A stretch of DNA of 10,087 bases, taken from assembly GCA_040081625.1 (NCBI GenBank), contig JBEBGD010000154.1, positions 1 through 10,087 on the forward strand, given 5' to 3'. This DNA is from Chthoniobacteraceae bacterium. GTDB lineage: Bacteria; Verrucomicrobiota; Verrucomicrobiia; Chthoniobacterales; Chthoniobacteraceae. A model generated the notes under the pieces. It was not told where the DNA came from. It did no database searches and was given only the letters and a program-made list of their open reading frames with translations. Both the position numbers and the translations under genes were made by a program. Of this stretch, positions 6,001 through 10,087 are shown piece by piece; within the stretch, counting starts at the first letter, position 1; every line of letters begins with the position of its first letter.

Positions 6001-9000
6001 CGGCGGGCTCGGTTCCATCGATCCGAACTTCGGCGTGAACGGCGTCGCGCTCTCGGATCACTCGACGCCCACGGGCAGCGGGCAGGACCAGGAGCAGATC
6101 ACCGACATGGCCTTCGCTCCCGATGGGGACATCGTCGCCGTGGGTTACCGCGGTGGCGGCGGGACGGGGGCGTCTTTCGATTTTTTCCTCTCGCGCTTCC
6201 ATGCCGATGGCTCGCCGGATCTGGACTTCGGCGACGGCGGCAGCGTGACGACCGACCTGAGTCTGAGCCTCGACCGCGCGGAAAGCGTCGGCGTGCTCGC
6301 CGACGGGCGAATCCTCGTCGCCGGCTTTGCGAACACGCCGTCCTTTGGCGACTCGATTCACTACGGCGGCACGGCGGAGAGCCTCGGCGGCGCGTTTACC
6401 AAGCAGCTCGCACTCATCCGCTACCTCGCCGACGGCACGCTCGACCGCAGCTACGGCAACAGTGGGTTCGTCGTTTTCGATCCGCGCGCGCTGCAGGGCC
6501 GCACGGGCGTCGCCACCGAGGTCATCTATGAAGACTACGTCATCCTGCCCACCGGAGAGGTCGTCGCCGGGATCGCCGTCTATGATTTCCTCAACACGCA
6601 GGGCGACACGACCCCGGTCGTCGCCGGGCTGATCCGCTTCCGCGCGGATGGCATGCTCGACACGACCTTCGGCGGCGACGGCCTCGCGGAGAGCGGCCTC
6701 CAGGATTCGCTGCACAGCAGCGTGGCGGTCGCGCGGCAGACCGATGGGAAGTTGCTCCTCTCCTTCGGCACCGGCGATTTCCAGGGCCCGGTCGAGGAGC
6801 GCACCGCGGTGGTGCGGTTCAATGCCGACGGCTCGCTCGATACGAGTTTCGGCACGGGTGGCCGGGTGCAGTTCGACGCCTTCATCGGCGAGCAGTCGTC
6901 GGAGTATCCGCAAAGCATCGCGCTCCAGCAGGACGGCCGGATTTTGATCGGCGGCTACTACGCCCCGTTCGGCAACGATGGGGAGACCGACCCCGATGTC
7001 GCCGCGCGCGACGATAGCGGCTTCATCGTGCGACTGACTGCAAACGGCACGCTCGACACGACCTTTAGCGGCGATGGCGTCGTGCTGTATCACGGCCTGT
7101 TTCCGCGCACTTCGCCGGCCCCCTCGTTCATCATTTCTGACGCCGCCATTTACGATGTCGCGCAGCTCCCCAATGGCCGCATCGTCGCCGTGGGCGAGAG
7201 CATCAACGGCCCCGGTCCAGATTCGGGGAAGACGATTCCCGTCGTGCTCGAGTTCCTCGCCGACGGCACGCCCGACCCGCAGTTTGGAATCAACGGCGCC
7301 TTCCGCGTGACGGCCGTGCGCACGGATGGAATCGCCGATGCCGCGCTCCTCGTGACGCCCGCGAACGAAATCATCGCGGGCTTCGGCGGAAAGCTCTCCA
7401 GCGATTCCAGCCCGAACTCGCAATTCACGCTCCAGCGGCTCGCGACGCAGGGCGCTGCGGGGCGCTTCGAGTGGAGTCTCGCGGCGAGCGAGACCGAGGA
7501 AGCCGACGGCTTCGCGAGCCTCATCTTGCAGCGCCTCGGCGGCACGATGGGCACGGCGACGGTCAGTTACGCCTTTGCTTCCGGCACCGCGCAGGCCGGT
7601 GCGGATTTCACGCCGCTGGGCGGCACGATCACTTTTCTCGAAGGGCAGACGTCGGTGGAAATCCTCGTGCCGATCACGACGGGCGACGCGCTGGAGAACA
7701 CGGAGACATTCACCGCCACGCTCGCGAGCCCCACGGGCGGCGCGACGCTCGGGGCGATCACGACGCACACGGTCAGCATCCTCGACGGGCCGGATCGCTT
7801 CGAATTTTCGTCGCCAATCTTCAACTTCCTCGAAGGCAGCCAGCTCGTCTCCGTGCAGGTGCTGCGCAAGGGCGGCGCGACCGGGCAGGTGTCGGTGGAC
7901 TACTCGCTGCGCGGTCTCGAAGCGGTGAACGGCGTGGACTTCGACGCGCTCGAAGGCGGCACGCTCGCGTTTGCCGCCGGGCAGAAGACGACGACGATCA
8001 CCTTCGCGCTGCGCGCCGACGACATCGTCGAGGGACGCGAGAGCATCGCCCTCAGACTGCTGAATCCGCGAGGTGGGCCGGTGCTCGGCGCGGTCGCGAA
8101 CGCGACGGCGAGCATCTACGACTCCGAGCCCGGAAAGGGCATGAACGCCGGCGCGCTCGATGCGGACTTCGGCGACGGCGGCGTGACGGATGCGGATGTC
8201 TTTTTGGCCGGCACGGCCGAGCAGGGGCGCGATGTGGTGAAGCTGCCGGGCGGCAAGCTGCTCGTCGTCGGCGAGAGCGGCGGACGCGGCAGCGACTTCC
8301 TGCTCGCGCGCTATCTCGCGGATGGAACGCTCGACACGACCTTCGGCACAGGCGGCACGGTGACGACGGACTTTTTCGGCTCGGCCGACAGCGCGCAAGC
8401 CGTGGCGCTGGACGCACAGGGCCGCATCGTCGTCGCCGGCTGGGCGCTGCGCGAAGGCCGCGCGGATTTCGCGGTCGCGCGCTATCTCGCGAACGGCACG
8501 CTCGACGTGAGCTTCGATGGCGACGGGCGGGCGACGGTGGATTTCGATGGCTTCGACGACCGCGCGTCATCGCTCGCCTTCACGCCCGGCGGCGGGATCG
8601 CGCTCGGCGGCCGGACGAGCGGCGTGCAGAAGCTGGACATGGCCGTGGCCGTGCTGACGGGCGCCGGCGCGCTCGACACGAGCTTCAGCAAGGATGGCCG
8701 CACGACGGTGGATTTCGCCGGCAAGGCGGACGTGGCGAGCGCCGTGCTCGTGCAAGGCGACGGCGGGATCGTGCTCGGCGGCACGTCGTCGCGCATCTCG
8801 CGAGTCACCACGGAGACGGCGAGCGATTTCGCGTTCGTGCGCTTCACGCCCGCCGGCGATCTCGACAAGACTTTCAGCTCCGATGGCAGGCTGCTCGCCA
8901 GCGACAACCTCATCACCGGGACGGGCACTTCCAACTCCGTGCTCAACGCGATGCTGCTGCGCAACGACGGGCGCATCAATTTCGGCGGCAGCATCGGCGG

Positions 9001-10087
9001 CGACATCCTGCTCGGCGAAGTCAGCCCCGCGGGCGAGCTCACGTTTTACACGAAGGACAACTTCACGCTGGCGCAGCTCGGTGGCGGCCCGGCGCTCACG
9101 TCGAGCGTGGAGGTCATCAACGACCTCGCCTTCGCCGCCGACGGGAAGCTCGTCGTGACCGGCCACACGATCTTCCCCGGTGAAACGACGCAGCGGCTTT
9201 TCGTGCAGCGCTACGAGTCCGACTATCGCCTCGACGTGGACTTCGGCGTGTCGTCGATCTCCGTCCTGCCGACGCTCGGCAGCGGTCGCGCGCTCGCCTT
9301 CGCGGAAGACGGGAACGTCGTCGTGGTCGGCGATGGATTTGAGGTCGCGCAGCTCTTGAGGAACTCGGCGGCGCCGAAGGAAGGCGCGTTTTCGCTGGAC
9401 GCGGTGTCCTACTCGATCGCCGAGAATGGCGGCGCACTGACCGTGACCGTCTCCCGTTCACACGAGACGAACTACGGCTTCGTCACGGTCGATTACGCGG
9501 TCGTCGGCATCACCGCGCAGCCGGGGCAGGACTTCACGCCGGTCGCCGGCACGCTCACCTTCCGCGAGACGGAGACGGTGAAGAGCTTCACGATCCCGAT
9601 CATCAACGACGTGCTGATGGAGTCGGTGGAACTCTTCGGCGTGGTGCTCACGAATCCGACCGGCGGCGCGCAGCTTTCCAGCGCGTCCTACGCCACGGTC
9701 GCGATCCCGGCGAACGATCCGCAGGGCACGCGCGGCACGTTCATCAACACGGCGCCGGGCTTCAGCGACTTCGTGTTCGAGGGCCTGGCATTTGTCACGG
9801 TGAACCGCTCCGGCGGCAGTCTCGGTGCGGTCTCGATCAACTACCACACCGAGGACGGAACGGCGAAGGCGGGCGAGGATTACACGCCGGCGTTCGGCAC
9901 GATCGACTTCGCGAATGGCGAAACGTCGAAGCAGATTTTCATCCTCACGACCGACGATGATCGCATCGAGGGGACGGAGACTTTTTTCCTCAAGTTCACG
10001 ACGCCGACCGGTGGCAGCACGCTCGACCTCGGCTTCGACACGATGACCATCTCCATGCCGGACAGCGTGCCGGCGGAGGCGTTTCCG
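3059..10087 (+). CDS. Giant extracellular/surface protein: LEPR-XLL-type N-terminal motif, delta-60 (DUF5122) beta-propeller repeats and Calx-beta domains (partial, at least 2343 aa)
   Basis: In-frame TAG at 3053, GTG at 3059, then no stop to the window end. Begins MKAPLSSRTGPPRILSHGIVELLETRIALAAGSLDLTFGGGDG...AVAVQADGKILIAG...DIALVRLNADGSRDLSFG. Repeated avQaDGKivvaG...laRy..dG.LD.sFG..G units are the delta-60 repeat signature (TIGR02608/PF17164). V.R.GG..G.V.V.Y....GTA.aG.DY....G.LtF..G units are Calx-beta (PF03160). Confidence 0.93.
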   Translation, partial: MKAPLSSRTGPPRILSHGIVELLETRIALAAGSLDLTFGGGDGVAVIDQFAKQLIESGDAVAVQADGKILIAGSATDGFGRFFPDIALVRLNADGSRDLSFGTEGQVLFDFGGDYYSREEAFAVAVQADGKIVVGGRSTLTNTAVEPIDYDFALARFTSAGVVDAGFGTGGFVRTDFGSRSEAVRGLAITTGGLIYAVGDSGGDAAVARYTSAGVLDTGFDADGKVLRDLGGADSLRGAVVQADGKLVAVGTTALDFAAVRFTTTGALDAGFGNAGVALVDFGNTGEEARAVALDATERIVLGGGVRVGLVNDFAFARLTTAGVLDATFGIGGKTSFNVSLDPASTGQARVEGLAIQADGAIVAAGTAPGFANRPQWHAVRVDDTGTLDASFGNGGVTRLALDIATHGKTAGVALSAGQLVIAGTRQSDDSLQPYSLGVMKLTTAGVLDPAFDGDGVALFDVRTSAQNGGEVSIMLADGRIMLAENIRVSPGNALAGSIIAVTRLLADGSRDATFGVNGTVNVDLGLAAARPQAILVEPDGKIVLAGTRFYLPAPEAALASEAALARLDANGVLDPSFGTGGVVSDQFYGPVFRQGSEWRDVVRQPDGKLVVLGYGSASFEPNLATVLVARYNTDGTLDTSFAGDGRAELTGVTASNFTMDTLRLLPDGRLLLAGEDNRGQLQLARLTSSGVLDTTFDGDGIVAPRISGQLGGVIVNGDGTITVGASAAGTVSSGGVSSSSGLFPVVLQFTADGALDPSFDGDGALLLDSEPGRSLVGSFLRDSMGRYLMGIGFTDLSDQQVGKLVRFNADGSRDQHFGAEAGVDFAAAGVNGGRTFLRADGTVVIVGPSSVENGAALARFVGDVAPPAAGLLSFSIRKSSVAETVGNAIIDVARIGGSAGTVMVNYAITGGTAQAGSDYTNVSGMLTFGPGVTSQQISVQIASDSIGEIAETIELTLTNPTGGAALQNPAKHDVTIRAHNGGLGSIDPNFGVNGVALSDHSTPTGSGQDQEQITDMAFAPDGDIVAVGYRGGGGTGASFDFFLSRFHADGSPDLDFGDGGSVTTDLSLSLDRAESVGVLADGRILVAGFANTPSFGDSIHYGGTAESLGGAFTKQLALIRYLADGTLDRSYGNSGFVVFDPRALQGRTGVATEVIYEDYVILPTGEVVAGIAVYDFLNTQGDTTPVVAGLIRFRADGMLDTTFGGDGLAESGLQDSLHSSVAVARQTDGKLLLSFGTGDFQGPVEERTAVVRFNADGSLDTSFGTGGRVQFDAFIGEQSSEYPQSIALQQDGRILIGGYYAPFGNDGETDPDVAARDDSGFIVRLTANGTLDTTFSGDGVVLYHGLFPRTSPAPSFIISDAAIYDVAQLPNGRIVAVGESINGPGPDSGKTIPVVLEFLADGTPDPQFGINGAFRVTAVRTDGIADAALLVTPANEIIAGFGGKLSSDSSPNSQFTLQRLATQGAAGRFEWSLAASETEEADGFASLILQRLGGTMGTATVSYAFASGTAQAGADFTPLGGTITFLEGQTSVEILVPITTGDALENTETFTATLASPTGGATLGAITTHTVSILDGPDRFEFSSPIFNFLEGSQLVSVQVLRKGGATGQVSVDYSLRGLEAVNGVDFDALEGGTLAFAAGQKTTTITFALRADDIVEGRESIALRLLNPRGGPVLGAVANATASIYDSEPGKGMNAGALDADFGDGGVTDADVFLAGTAEQGRDVVKLPGGKLLVVGESGGRGSDFLLARYLADGTLDTTFGTGGTVTTDFFGSADSAQAVALDAQGRIVVAGWALREGRADFAVARYLANGTLDVSFDGDGRATVDFDGFDDRASSLAFTPGGGIALGGRTSGVQKLDMAVAVLTGAGALDTSFSKDGRTTVDFAGKADVASAVLVQGDGGIVLGGTSSRISRVTTETASDFAFVRFTPAGDLDKTFSSDGRLLASDNLITGTGTSNSVLNAMLLRNDGRINFGGSIGGDILLGEVSPAGELTFYTKDNFTLAQLGGGPALTSSVEVINDLAFAADGKLVVTGHTIFPGETTQRLFVQRYESDYRLDVDFGVSSISVLPTLGSGRALAFAEDGNVVVVGDGFEVAQLLRNSAAPKEGAFSLDAVSYSIAENGGALTVTVSRSHETNYGFVTVDYAVVGITAQPGQDFTPVAGTLTFRETETVKSFTIPIINDVLMESVELFGVVLTNPTGGAQLSSASYATVAIPANDPQGTRGTFINTAPGFSDFVFEGLAFVTVNRSGGSLGAVSINYHTEDGTAKAGEDYTPAFGTIDFANGETSKQIFILTTDDDRIEGTETFFLKFTTPTGGSTLDLGFDTMTISMPDSVPAEAFP
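3152..5650 (+). repeat. Delta-60 repeat block 1 (14 units)
   Basis: GxxDxxF motifs start at 3152, 3341, 3539, 3698, 3854, 4025, 4214, 4394, 4583, 4772, 4964, 5129, 5318, 5492. Confidence 0.88.
5669..5992 (+). other. Calx-beta domain 1
   Basis: GLLSFSIRKSSVAETVGNAIIDVARIGGSAGTVMVNYAITGGTAQAGSDYTNVSGMLTFGPGVTSQQISVQIASDSIGEIAETIELTLTNPTGGAAL. Confidence 0.88.
6011..7445 (+). repeat. Delta-60 repeat block 2 (7 units, long loops)
   Basis: Motifs at 6011, 6209, 6434, 6650, 6830, 7046, 7265. Confidence 0.85.
7460..8122 (+). other. Calx-beta domains 2 and 3 (about 7460-7786 and 7793-8122)
   Basis: LQRLGGTMGTATVSYAFASGTAQAGADFTPLGGTITFLEGQTS...ENTETFTATLASPTGGATLG and VLRKGGATGQVSVDYSLRGLEAVNGVDFDALEGGTLAFAAGQKT...DDIVEGRESIALRLLNPRGG. 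Confidence 0.88.
8150..9360 (+). repeat. Delta-60 repeat block 3 (7 units, sixth degenerate)
   Basis: Motifs at 8150, 8324, 8495, 8666, 8855, 9032 (degenerate GELTFY), 9224 (YRLDVDFG). Confidence 0.82.
9383..10063 (+). other. Calx-beta domains 4 and 5 (about 9383-9718 and 9734-10063)
   Basis: YSIAENGGALTVTVSR...VTVDYAVVGITAQPGQDFTPVAGTLTFRETETVKSFTIPIINDVLMESVELF and VTVNRSGGSLGAVSINYHTEDGTAKAGEDYTPAFGTIDFANGETSKQIFILTTDDDRIEGTETFFL. Confidence 0.9.

Noticed and set aside
4913..8398. 1161-aa minus-strand ORF (also 3032..4819, 8567..9166, 9458..9847)
   Set aside because: Codon-register antisense shadows of the giant + strand gene; high-GC codon bias removes antisense stops. The products are R/A/V/H-rich with no motifs, while the + frame has clear domain repeats.
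3242..8491. Identical 17-nt DNA repeats (gcggtgcaggcggatgg at 3242 and 3431; tcgcgcgctatctcgcg at 8304 and 8475) as possible CRISPR, DGR template/variable repeats or recombination sites
   Set aside because: They encode conserved delta-60 residues (AVQADG, ARYLA) in frame. There is no regular repeat-spacer array, no adenine-specific mismatch pattern, and no cas, reverse transcriptase or recombinase gene in view.
7471..9183. 570-aa and 252-aa (4852..5610) + strand ORFs suggesting a frameshifted or overprinted gene
   Set aside because: Arg/Gly-rich off-frame readings; frame +2 is continuous and carries all the domain motifs.

Overview
GC-rich bacterial chromosomal window; protein style suggests Verrucomicrobiota, probably Chthoniobacterales/Spartobacteria (inference). 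Left to right: (i) a minus-strand, signal-peptide-bearing Pro/Thr/Lys-rich protein running off the left edge (<1..754; absent from the ORF track); (ii) a divergent, tightly coupled four-gene cluster: alanine racemase alr (875..2014), an antitoxin-less RelE/ParE-fold protein (2011..2376), an 84-aa single-TM protein (2373..2627) and a 121-aa acidic hypothetical (2632..2997); (iii) a giant ORF also absent from the ORF track (GTG 3059 to beyond 10087, at least 2343 codons, no stop in my manual translation). It has an N-terminal 'ELLETRIALA' (LEPR-XLL/Planc_extracel-type) motif, 28 delta-60/DUF5122 repeats grouped 14+7+7 (probably four 7-bladed beta-propellers) and 5 Calx-beta domains. No RNA genes, CRISPR arrays or mobile elements were seen. 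Most ORFs in the supplied track are GC-driven shadow frames. Nothing here is demonstrably a new system; the best candidates are the orphan RelE-fold gene in the alr cluster and the giant surface protein.
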